From positions 4,030,001 through 4,094,000 of the forward strand of contig CM102290.1 in the NCBI GenBank assembly GCA_046563655.1: 64,000 bases of DNA. Reading direction: 5' to 3'. Shown one piece after another: positions 1 through 23,400 of this stretch. Each line of letters opens with the position of its first letter. Within the stretch, counting starts at the first letter, position 1. Source of the DNA: Yuukianura sp. NJ FZ-2021. Its lineage: Eukaryota. The notes under the pieces are model-generated. The model was not told where the DNA came from, did not search any database, and worked only from the letters and a program-made list of their open reading frames with translations. A program made the position numbers and the translations under genes.

Positions 1-392
1 AAGTTAGATGAACTTTCTCCAAAAAGAAATCTCCAAGCAAATTCATGCTCAACATTGAAAATTGGTCAACACTTGAAACTGAACTTGAACTTGACCGTTG
101 AAGATGCTGCATAGGATTAAGTAGAGTACTTTAACTGGAATTAGTTATTCATTTCATGGTTGGAGAGGCGTTGAAGGACCTGAAGGGAAGAGGTGTGAAG
201 ATGAGGTGTTAGAAATGAAGAACGCTTGAGAGCGTTTCAAAAAATACGTTATCATTATACACTCTTATTAGGGTACATGTCATGCTTATTCGACCATCAA
301 AGCATCCCTAGCAGAAAATTATTTACGAGGCAGAACAAATTTTGTTACAAATCGGCTGAAATATTTGCCAATTCTTTATCAAAATAAGTTTA

Positions 393-11164
<10,772 letters not shown>

Positions 11165-12924
11165 ATTTTTAATTCAGCACGATTAGATTTACTAGAGCCG
11201 ATTGAAAACGGCGAAGAAGGTTTAACAAAGTCTATTCACTTTGTCACACGTACTTGAGTTTTGACACCTTTGTTAAGTGTTGTGATTAACTTCCTTAGTC
11301 ACAAAGTGGCCGTAGCGTGGAGTAGGGATGATCTTCGAACCGAATCCAAGAGGTAGAGCCCTTATCGTTCTAAACATAATTCTCACGTTGAGATCTTTCC
11401 AAGTTATGCTTTGCTCAACCCACCGGAAAAACGTTGACATCCAGTAATCATCCCAATTTCAACAATACTTGTAGTCATTCCCATGCCATAGGTCACGCTC
11501 CTCTGAACCTCTCCCTTCATCCATCACTTTCTCACTTCACTAGATCTGTCACTTCAAGGCACTCAAATACCATCAAAAATAAAACTTTATTTTGAAATTG
11601 CACTAATTTCCAACTTTTAATTTAAATCCAGTACAAGGTATTCCAATTGCAAAAAAAACTTCCCTCCCCTCACCCTATTCAGTTATTTTTACCAAAAAAG
11701 TTGTACGCAAATCATGGAAGAACAGCACTAACCCACGGAAATTCTTGGAAACGGAAAAGTTGAAGTTCCAGAAGACGCCAGAATTTGAATTTGCTCCGGG
11801 AGGAACTTTTGAAAAACTTTCTCTAACTTGGGAAGTCGTAAGTTACTTGCCGAAGGTGTTCACCTGACTAAGGTAAGAAGGCAATAATGAGGTCTGAGGT
11901 TCCGAGACCAACAATAGACGAAGACAATGGCTTGGAAGAAGGTGCAGTTGAGGCCGCGGACGGAGGTTCTGCCCACCACCTCCACAGCTTCTGACGTCAG
12001 CTTACGACGGTGACGGTGACCACCCTCCAATCATTCACAAACCTCAACAACAGTCGAAGCATTTACGAAATGTCGCTTCGGAAGCTTCAAGCAACCATTT
12101 CGGTTGTTACCAATTTCAGTCAGCTAAGCAAAAGTTTCCGCTGCGCTTCTGTTTGTGCTTGAACGCTTGATCTTAACAATCCTCACGTTCTTGGGCTGTA
12201 TAAAAGTCTTGGGAAATTAATGATTTCCCATCATTGCAATTTAATATATAAAATTTCGAATTTCATTCATCATATGACCCCTGAACTTCTTCATGTCGTG
12301 GACGCTAGATTGGTTCATCGGCATGCTGTAACTATGCAGATAAAGTTACTCCCGCCAGGGAATGAACAACACGCAACTTTCCGACAGGGCAGGGATTGCT
12401 GAACGCTAAAAAAAAAGCATTAGTTCGTTATTTCGGTGCATTTTGAATTGCAAAAAGGAACTTCGGGTCAAAGCAAAGTTGGTATGCAGTCGATTCCAGT
12501 AGTGCTTTACGTTTAGTAGACGACACTGTCCAGAAATTTTTTCATTTTTTCATTTTGATTCATTTTTTTTAGCAATGCAAATTTATTTCGTTTTTTTTTA
12601 TAAATTCGGTTTGAAACTTAGAGGTTGGAAAATAGTATTTGCGTGTGAAAATTTTTGAAATTCGTGACTGATTCACCGAGGCATGAAGTTGGTTCTTGTT
12701 AAGAAGAAAGTACGAATGTTCTGAAACTTTGAAAAGTGAAAGTTGGGTTTAGGTGGTGTTTGTGTTAAGGAGGGAAGAAGATGAAGATGGATGGGGAGAG
12801 GGATGCAGCAGGGAAGGAGATCACAGCCTCATTGGTCCATTTGGAGGAATTCCACAATTGGAGGAGTGCCACTTGGGACATCTTCTGCTCCACACACCTT
12901 CACAAAGCTTAACATGAAACTTAC

Positions 12925-13480
12925 CTTAAGTTGAAAATTTAGGATGCTTCTTTAGGATTCAAGTAAACAGCAACCATACTGTTATGTTTACGGGCATCAT
13001 GCTCTAATGACGTCTAACTTTGAACAGAGCTAAGCTTATCGTCCGAATTCCAATTTCTTAGTTCTTCCTTCGAATTTTTTTCAAAAATAGTAAACAGAAG
13101 GAAAACAAACGTCAAAAATTTTCACCAAAACTTTTTTTTTCAAGGTTCATACAGTGGGATCATATATTTTTGTTTTTTCTCATTCTGCATTTTATGTTGA
13201 GCGAATTTTCTTTTTCTAAAAATTGACTTACAGACCTTCAAAATCAGAAACAAAAAAGATTGCCGATTTACCAAGCACTAGACTTTGATTTAATTTTTAA
13301 CCCAAACACCAAAGCGTTTTAACACTTTTCCACTAGGGATTATTACACTTGTTGTTCAAGCCAAAAAAATACGTTTCGATCACGCGCCGATGGGTCAGCG
13401 GCACGCGTTAAAATTTTGTTGTACTTGTGTGCCACACGCCGCATACACACCCTTTCCGTTAAGTGCAGTTTGCTTCGTAT
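12925..13480 (-). promoter_or_regulatory. Probable Su(H) promoter and first non-coding exon
   Basis: Consensus donor AAG|GTAAGT at 12924, a downstream polypyrimidine acceptor (T-run then AG) near 12406, and a CpG-rich patch at about 13375-13460. TSS not determinable. Confidence 0.4.
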
Positions 13481-14337
13481 TGATTTTTATTTAGTTTAGA
13501 AATTCAATCCTATTTAGTATCAACTTTTACAAAAGCTAACGATTACATCCTCCTAAGCCCTTTAAACAAGTTGCAGAAGGTGAAAATTCATTTTCACGTT
13601 AAAAAAAATTTTTAACTTGAGTTTGTAGGAAATATTACAGAAGCAACGGCTAAAAAGAAAACGTGAAACTGATTCTAAGTAAGTGGACTATAGGCGTTAC
13701 GATCGCAATTTCAACAGTGTGGAAGTAGTTTTACCGAACCTTTTGTAGTAGTTTTTTTTCAATGAAATTTTCATAAATCAAGTTCTAGAAGTCTTATCTA
13801 GCTTATCCAATCAGCTAATTAAAATTAAACTTAAAGCCAATTAAAAATTAATTACTCAAATGAAAGCATGGGGAAAATTGAGTAATTTGTTGTTGTTCAA
13901 GGGGATTTCCTTGAAGTTTTTTTTAAACCTATTTTAAAAGCTTCAAAAACTGGTTCTTCAGTAAAGTGCTCAGTGGGAGTGTGACTAGTTTTGAAAATCA
14001 GAATTTACTTGTGCTGATTCTGAGATAATCTTACATTTTAATATACGCATCTATTTCTACTAAAGGTGAAAATAAAAGTTGAGAATTTTGTTAAAAAAGT
14101 CAGAGTTTTAGAAAAAGAATTGTCCTATGAGTTATGTTTAAGTTAGTACAAAATGCTCCACTGGAAATGCAGTTGGCAGCGGGCAGTAGTGTGGGCGATG
14201 AAACCTGGACTTGTGCTGACTTGTAATGAATTGGGCAGTAGTTTTCCCATGGACTTGGGTAGGAAGTGGTGGGTTTGTATCTGTAGAATAAAGTGGGAGG
14301 AATTGTTAAGGTAAGAAGGTACTTGAGGAAGGTAGAC

Positions 14338-14373
14338 CGTGGGAATCAGATTCCTTCCACCTACCCGTGAGAA
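14338..14373 (+). promoter_or_regulatory. Pair of consensus CSL/Su(H) binding sites
   Basis: CGTGGGAA at 14338-14345 and CGTGAGAA at 14366-14373, both matching YGTGRGAA, same orientation, upstream of the Su(H) gene. Confidence 0.5.
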
Positions 14374-17035
14374 AATTCGGACTTTGGATGAACCAACATC
14401 TTCAGAAACAGGAGCTTCAGAGGCCGTGAATTACTTGACTTTGGCAATTGCTACGCTTCCTTTCATCGGTATATCAGTCAACTTACGCCACAAACCGTGG
14501 TAGAAAAGTAGCGAAGGCTAAGTTCAAGTCATGCTCAAAATTAAATAGCAGAACGTCATTTCGCATCATTTGACGTAAACATTTTGCAATGAAAATTGTA
14601 CTTTCCAAGAATGCTTTGGACTTTAATGAAGAAATATTCCAGAAATTTCGTTTTCGAATATTCTATGAATTCTATGAAAGGTTCTATGAGTTCTGATGTG
14701 TCAATTAAATTGTATCAACGGCCATTCCATCAACTGTACCAATTTGCGTTGACACAATTGACCAGTTAACACAATTCTTGTTGACCAAGTTCAGTTGATA
14801 TAATGACAATTTATACAATTCCATTGACACACTGGCGTGCTCCCTGCACAAGGGCTACTACTTTATGCGTGACGGACAGACAGAGCGACACCACATAGTA
14901 ACAAACTAGATTCCTGCTAGAGTACCAAACCCAACGTATGAAGATTGGTCACAAGAAATTATGATAGAGCCTGGTCAAATTTAACGCTTTTCCACCCCCA
15001 TATAGTCTTTAAGACAATTAACACGGTTCGAAGGGGGTAGGTTCTGTTGAACAAATCAAATAGTAATCTTCTCCCCGGATCTACTTGAGCTAAAAGAATA
15101 AGAAAATTTAGCGCGTAACGGAATCACATATTTTCAAACTAACAAAAACGGACTTTCCCCATTAATAGGTTCATTGTTATCAAGCGATTACTTTAAAAGC
15201 ATCCAAAAATTTCCAAACGTAACAGGACAATTCCATTTTCAACATAAATGAAGTATTTTTGCATCCATTTAATTCATTGAAAAATAAATCTAGAAGCTAA
15301 ATTAATTAGGCTTCCAAAATACAAAGTAAAGTTGTTACTCAAATGTTAAACAACTCTATTCAATAAGATTCAATTGATAATTATTCAATAAGATATAATT
15401 GAAAATTAATTTGATTCTATGCTCAGGTCATAGTTGCTGTCACAGTTTGAACTTGAGTGTGACACAAAACATTTACAAAACAAATAATACATATTGTACA
15501 GTGTGTGTCAAAAATTATTCTCTCATCCAAACTAATATGTACACAACCGCTGCAAAATACTAATCTTGTAGCATATTATACGTTGTGTTGTGTGAATTTA
15601 AGTTAACGTCTAATTCATTCAATGAGGAACCTTCTTGGCACTAAATACCAAGATTACAAAAACATTAATTAAACGTGTTATTATAAATTTTGTAAGTGTG
15701 AAGGTGGTAACAATCGGTGGAGATCTGAACAGCAGCAAAAATATTATTTCTAAATTATTTAAAACTTAACAGTAGGGTAACTCTGTAACATTTTTTTAAA
15801 GTCAGGACTCATGAGCGTCGGCATCAGCAGAGCTCATCGCGCGGTATGTCCATCGTGGATTGTGACTCCAACATGATTCAAATGACTCTAAACACTGTGA
15901 TGTTTAATGTAACTATTCAATTATCGACTGAACAATACTTGTCCAAGTATTTCATCCCTGCTTCACCTTAATCTTTTAATACCTAACAAATTTAATTACT
16001 TTTTTTTTAATTTTTCAGTTTGTTTAAATATTGATTTGTTTGTTTTGGCTTTTACAAAATGACTAGGGCTTGTCGTTTTAAACATTGTTTAACTCGCAGG
16101 GAACAGGAAATTGATTCTTGGGAAATTGTTGAACTTTCAAATACGTCGCCAGATTCTCATAAAGTTTTGACTTTCTTTTTTTCCCGTATAAGATGAACGC
16201 ACATGTAAAATGTAAAAAGGCACATGCGAAAAAGGATGTCGATGTCCAGCCATTAATAAAAGCAGTACACATTATTGTAAGAATAATAGCACCGCAGTTC
16301 CAGTCTCTTGTGCCGATAAAAATTGGTTAAATTAGTGGCTAAGCAGATGACAAATTTAGACCGTGTTTGTTTAGGAAATTGTTTTGCAATTGGAAATTGC
16401 CGCATCGGATAGAAAATATAAAAGTGGGGCTCAAAACGGTAGCCAACCAATTTCTGCCCATACAATGTTAAATCTCTGATTAAGTTTAAGTTTCTTTGGA
16501 CGTAGAGAGACTGTCACTGTACAGGGTATTTCATAGACAAAAAAACATATTTACAAAAAAAGTAAGTTGACATCCACACTTTCTGAAAGGGGATATCGTT
16601 TAGTTGTGATTGCTCAATAATGTGAACTTGCTTCGTTTTAAATGATGAAAATAAAAGAAAATATACTCACTCGGTGTATAGAGGATACTGAAACAACAAA
16701 AGTACTAAACTAAAGGTCACATTAGTAGCAGCAGCGTCGACAGCGGCAGCAGTGCTGAGTGAGCGAAATTTCTCTAACAAAACTAAAAAGTTAACATTGT
16801 AAGTGACACTTCGAAGTGTAGGTAGGACGCAAGTGACTATCACGTGTGATAAAGACGGATCATTCGAAGCCTTGGGAGCATATAGGTTTCCAGTTAAAAA
16901 TAAAACGACTCTCTTCCATTAAAAAGTATTTCAAATCCTTGGCGAGTATTTCGTCGGAGGATTCGAGAGACTAATGTTGATTATCAAAATCAGATGATTG
17001 TTAGCCTTTACGCTATTAGTGTGAGCCTGTCAAGA

Positions 17036-17443
17036 TCACTGTTCCAGCAGAATGCCGACTTGGCAATACGGTGCTTTTCCATTAACCACGCCTGGTCCAA
17101 CAATGGGATCCAACTTGAGGGATGTCCACTTGACATATGCTGAGTCTTTACTTATTTCTGGTAATTGTCCATTAGGAATGATTCCATTACTGTGATTTGG
17201 AAGACTACCACCTTTCGTGTAGTCGTAACTTCCACTATCATCTTCACCGTTCGTCATGTGAACTGGATTGGAGTTGTCGTAAGGTGTGTCGCCATTGTAG
17301 TATGAAAGAGAACCGTACGGTTCAAAATTGAGCGTCCGGTAGTGATCATCTCCATCTTCATCTCCAGAATTGGTTGCAGAAGAATCGGAAATGAGGGGAT
17401 TTGACGGTGAAGGGGAAGGTTCCTTGTCCAGAAGTCCATCACT
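17036..17443 (-). CDS. dome: domeless last coding exon (tyrosine-rich cytoplasmic tail)
   Basis: 408 nt open frame SDGLLDKEPSPSP...HYRTL..PYGSLSYY..SYDYTK..AYVKW..PYCQVGILLEQ-stop. Confidence 0.85.
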   Translation of the reverse strand, partial: SDGLLDKEPSPSPSNPLISDSSATNSGDEDGDDHYRTLNFEPYGSLSYYNGDTPYDNSNPVHMTNGEDDSGSYDYTKGGSLPNHSNGIIPNGQLPEISKDSAYVKWTSLKLDPIVGPGVVNGKAPYCQVGILLEQ

Positions 17444-20400
17444 CTATTCAACATAACAACCAGAAATCATATTAAATTCAACCCAGCGACATATACATTT
17501 TCCTCAACCTATTACACATTAGGCCACATATATTTGGTAACTTGAGTATCGCCTTAAAATACATTCGCCTTGCAGATTCACAACATTTGAGAAACGGGGT
17601 ACAGAATACTACAATCATAAAAGTACAGGAGACGGTAACAGGGCTCTCCACTCACTTTACAGACATCGGCCTTAACAAATTTTAAGAGCTTTGGAAAACT
17701 ATACGCTGGAAAACTGATATGTTGAAAGAAAAACAAAATGGAGGGAAACGTACATTAGGAGGAGGCTGGCCAGGGAGACTAGGTTGAACGAGAGTATTGA
17801 CGCCGTTGCTGACTTGGGTATTTGATGGTGGTGCATTGAAGTCATCACCAGCTTCGTTAGTTGGTGGGGTCATAGGTGAGTTCCATAGCCAAATTGGGCA
17901 TTTGTCACTCCCTACTGTTCCATTCTGAATGACAATCCCCCCTCCCATAGAGATCGACGGATGTACTCCGCGTGTGTCCAGTTCCAATGTTCCTTCCTGG
18001 CCTCCTTTCTCATTCTGATTCGAAAGAAACAACTTCTGAGTATTTACAAAATATTGGATTTTTCGTTTTTTGGAAAACAATTAAATCAGGGTGCAAAATT
18101 TCTGCTAATCCTGCCGTTTAGCGAAACATTGAGCGAAATTTAGAAGCAAACAGTGACGGTGACGGTTATACAATGGTGAGTTGACATACGCTGTGTGTTA
18201 TAAAAAGCGTAACAATAACAACTGTCTGGTGTAGGGAACCATGCAACTTTGACATATAGTAAGGAGTGCGTATGATACGAATGAATTAGTAAAAATAAAG
18301 TGTGACCCACAAGGTAATTGAATTTGTGCGAATTTAACTGCAAGTTGTGGCGACGACTTACTTCCTTGCTATCTGCTGGCATAAAGTCTTTGGTATCATC
18401 AGTCTCCGCTTGGTGATATTCAGTTGTCTGGCATATGAGACTGTCCTTGTGAAATGGTGTGTCACTTTCAGAATACTGTCTAGCCCTGTGTCCATGGCGT
18501 TCTGAAAAGCCATTGAGTTGTAATTGTTCTAGACCGGGTGGAGCAATAACATCCAGAGTATGCATCACCTTAAGTTTTCGCCAAAATCTAAGATAATGTC
18601 ATTATTAGAACACGAGAAGTTACAAGTTATAAAACTTTTTTTAATGGATAAACCACTTACTTGAGGGAAATTAAAGTGATCATGACAAAACAAATCAGTG
18701 AGGCTATAGCGATTAGAATCCAAATGAACCACACTTCGTTAGCTAAAAACGAAAATTTCAAAAATATTATTTCTAGCAGTTGCATAGTTCTCCCACCAAT
18801 TTCTGGAATTACTTTTCAATTCAAGTGTAATGAAAAATTAAACATTGCTTTGGTCAATATGCTTACCGTAACAGTTGAATAACGCTTCAGGACTCCAGTT
18901 TCCAAATACTTGTTCAGATCCAATGATACTAATGGCACGCACTCGAGCGGTGACATTCGTATTTGCCTCACATTTCAAGTCCATTGCTTCAAAATATGTC
19001 TGCCGATCTGTATAAATGTTCCATACAATTAATAAGGACTCAAAATCCACCCAACCTGAGGAAGAGGAAGTCATGAGTATCGTACGTGGATCATATTCAA
19101 TTGTTATGGGATTAGAAATTTCTCCGTTTTTCTGAACGAGTACTTCATAGTATTCTATCGGTCCTCCCAAATGACTCGGTGATCTCCAACTTACTAGAAT
19201 TCTTCCATCTTCATAAGTCAAGGCAGGCATTGCAGTAAGCTTTGTATCTACATCACAAAATATAACCACGTTTAACCTTGAAAAACGAAAGTGATACAAA
19301 CAATTGATTCCCTTCTTACATCCAAATCCAGTGTGGAAGTATACAGGTTCGGAAGCATTTGAACAGCTAACGGTGCAAGCAGCAACCCGCAGCGTATAAT
19401 TTGTATTCGCCTCTAAATCCGTTACATTGTACTAGAAACACAGGAAAATGTGCAACATTGGCTAAATTACTTAAGAATCCGATAATGTTCATTTCATTTA
19501 GCGTTGAAAGTCAATCTTACATAGGATACATCACCCTGGTCCTTGTCCATCAGCTTTGTTTCCAGCGTCTCAACTGGACCGTGAGTCCTACCCTCAGCAG
19601 AGCCTGAGTCCGTGGGACTATAAACTATTTCATACTTTTCTATGACACCATTAGTTCTGATTGGTGGTTGGATGCGAAGCAGAGCCGAGGTATTTGTGGT
19701 TGAAATTGTGGTAACCCAAGGTGGGTCGCTTGGAGCTAAACAAAACGACAGTTGAAAACAATGACAAGAGAGGACATGCGTCACTGTTATAATGGAAATC
19801 TGGAATCTAGTTTCCATTTCTCCAGATCAAATAACACTCACCTGCTGGCATTGTCTGTAGAATTAGTGGATCACTCGTCTGACTCTCTCCGGCCTGAGTA
19901 GCCATGGAAACCCAGATTATGTAGCTGGAGTATGGATCCAGATTCTCCAACGTTGAAGATGTCGAGTTTCCATCGGCTAGGACTTCTCTTGATTGTGTTG
20001 AATCTACAAAATTAAAATTCCCTTAAAATTATTTAGTAAATTAGTATTGGGGGTAAAAAAATGAAAGTTTGAAAAGATTTCGACGTAGGAAATCGAAATA
20101 AATTTTTCCTGTCACTTTTGAAGGGGCTGCGTAACGTCTCCAATTATTTTTAGGCTATAAAAACGATCTCGCCTTGTCATTTTTTCAACACATGACATAG
20201 ATGAAAAATGAGTTTCCAAAGTTTTCTTTTCCTTAAGAACCTGGCTGTTTCAAGGTTGTTTTAAAATTAAAATCAAGTTCAAAACGGAAATTAGCGTACT
20301 CAAGCAAGTCGTCTCATTAGTTCGAAGTTGGCAGTAAGTAATGCGAAAGGCTTTGACTAGACCAGGCTTGAACGAACAATCCATTCCCCATCTGATTTGT

Positions 20401-23400
20401 AGTGAATTCTCGGAAACGTGTGTCCCTCGCACTTCTTTCAGTTTTCCCGGAACTAAAGACAAAAAAATACAACAGAATACAATTTTTTTCCTTGTCATTG
20501 TTCATCTCACATTTGGAAAAAGTGCAAAACTAACTTTTGTTATGAATTAATTCGCAAGTGGCTACAACCATGCCGCTGCTGGCAACTTTAGTATTTGCAG
20601 ATACGGCAAATACATGGTTTCCTCCAGGAGGCAAGTTATCAAAAATATAATGCGTCTTCCCTGGGTCGACATCAATCCATTCGACTAGTTCCTACGAAAG
20701 ATCCAGGTTACTTTTTGAATTGGATAATGGGTCGATGATATGTACTAATGTTTATCTGAACTTCTTTGTCTACTTTCTCCTTACGTCACATTGTACTTTT
20801 GATCCTAGGCAACGGTAAACTGTGTAGGAGGTCACAGCAGCATCTCTCCCACCCTCCTGTTGATGTCGCCAAGATATTTCATAAGTTCCGTTCGCATAAT
20901 CCACTTTGGATACGCTTTGAGGCTCTCTCGGCACTGAAAGTGTCAAAAGAAAACCAAAATTAAACACAGTTTCGAAACAGTGGGGAAGTAGAGGTGAAAC
21001 AAACTGAATTCAAATGAAAGCGCCCCAAAAAGTCTTTTGTCATGGGGAGTGACTGACAGGATGCCATTTCGTGTGCCACTTTTCCCCAACTCTCCAGAGA
21101 CTCAAATCCACTCTAAGCTTCACGAAAAGTTCAAAAAGAAATGGCACCCCGTAAAATAATGCAGATGAAGATTGACAATTTCTATGAACCCGTTCGAACT
21201 TTGATTTAATATTACCCGCGCAAAGACTTTTTGGAACTTTGGTTTTCCACAAGTTTCGTGAAGGAGGCAAAACAGATGCCAATTATTCTAACCGGAAATT
21301 AAGTCCTATAAAGTGCACATCGTTTGAAGTCGTCTTGTTTAGAACTTAAAAATGCTTTCAAATCATGTTCCTTTCGCCTTTTCAAGAGAAACAAAAACCA
21401 GAGTTCCAATTTCAGTCTAAAACTCCAACAACCTTGAGCTCCAGAATTCTTTTGTATGTGAAAACGCTAAAGGACTCCTTTGCATCAACGGAAACTGCCA
21501 TGTTAATCCCTTCCTTTTACCTTCTGTGCTCTTTGGAACAAACAGAGTTGCTTTCTCTTCACTTTCTCCTTCGGCGTTGGCAGACTGGATCTCAAATTTG
21601 TAGCTCTTGAGACTTAGGTTTCCAAAAAAGGCATAGTCCAACCCACTCCTGAGCTGAGGCACAATGTCCCTAAAATAATTAGTTTTCACCATTACATAAC
21701 ACATTTCTGCTTATGAATTTTAATCATGCAGAGTGAAAAGTTGAAAAGTGAAAGGGTAAAATGTTATCTACTATATCAATTACATAACAGGTTACCTTCG
21801 TTGTATATTTTCTTCGAACACTGTGAATTTGTAGTAGAAGTTTGAGCCGTTGTGTAGGTAATTGGGAATTCGTTTCCAGTAAATTGTGATGTCCCTCAAT
21901 TGGTACTTGTTGAACAGTTCAAAAGTTCCTATTCCAGTCGTCGGCGGGAATTCAGGTCCTAGAAATACAAAATAAAGATCAATAGACACTCGATATTCAT
22001 TTTAAAAATATCATCAGCACCTTCGCTTCAACTGTTGTGTATCCCTATACCATACAAACTACGTTAATTGCATGTTCCATGCTATGTGGCACTATGCTTT
22101 GCTAGCTAATACTTTGGAAGTACGTACTTTGACCTTTTGTTTTCACCACTTCCCTTCAAGCATACAGTTCACTGTCTGCACAACTTAATTAACACATTAA
22201 TGATTTTGGATTCATTAAAGATCAAGCAAGCTAAGATTGCGCAACCAAGTTGGGTGAAAGTTAGTACTTATGTTTTTGTTTGTAGTTTTAGGACTTACGC
22301 TTCGGCAGCGTTTGAACAGAGGGATGAATGGCTGGTGGAGACCAAAAGTCAGGCGTGTCATTAGCAACTTGAGATTTCATCCTGACTTCTACTCTATACT
22401 TGGTATTTGCATAGGGCACAACGATCCGTTCCGTCAAATTCGTATTTTCCTTTGACTTGAGTCCCTGAAAATAGACAAAAAACAAATGAAGAACAAATGA
22501 AGTTCGGTTCCAGTACTCCGTTAGTCAATTAGAAACAATTAAACTCTAATTTTCCAAGTTATGTAACGGCAATATAGTAGTACTGCTAATGCTTACCTTC
22601 ACTATGCAGTCATGGACAGGTTCTAAAGGGCAAACTGTAATTTTGTGATTTAGTCCAGGGAGGAATAATTTGAAGTTATGAAAGGACCATTGAACTTTTA
22701 ATTCATGAGGTGAAATTGCTTCAACTGCAAGCCTTTCTGGTGTTGTTGGAATAACTGCAAAAAGAAAAACATCATGTACATCATCAGTTGAAACATGAGA
22801 TGAGTTTTAATGGACTTCTAGAAATCAAACAACTCAACAATGCATATAAATTGCAAGTTACAGCGATACAGTAAAGCAAACTGTTACTCAAAAATTGAAC
22901 AGTTTGTTGCCAATGCTGGCTAAATTACTTACCGATTTCCCAATTATGAAACTCGTATTTCCAGCGAATTCCTTCCGGTTTCAGAGCGTTCGCTCCTGTC
23001 ATAACAATGGTGATGATTCTCATGTTTTGGCGATAGTGAGGTTCTGTCCTGCCATTCCATTCACAAGACTCTGTGGTCTTGCTTAGCGAAATTTTATTCG
23101 GGCAGTCCATGAGATAGTTTCTAAATCTAAAACAAAAAAACGATTAAAACTGTGGCAATATCTTTAAACAAAATATTAAAATGCTTTCTTTACCCGTAAC
23201 TAATAGTGTACGTAGTTCGTATATTATTTCTAGGTTTATCCCAGGTACAATTTAAACTGGCCCAGTTTCTGGCCACACAGTTTAAATTTTCTACAGGAAG
23301 AGGTAGATCTAAATTTCACAAAAACATGTTCATTAACTTCACATCACCTTAAAATCCGTTTTACAAAAGTAAACTTGACTTACATCCTACGTCGATTTGA

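Noticed and set aside
16920..17038. Stop-codon readthrough of domeless
   Set aside because: TGA is followed by TCT and a second TGA; no extended frame.
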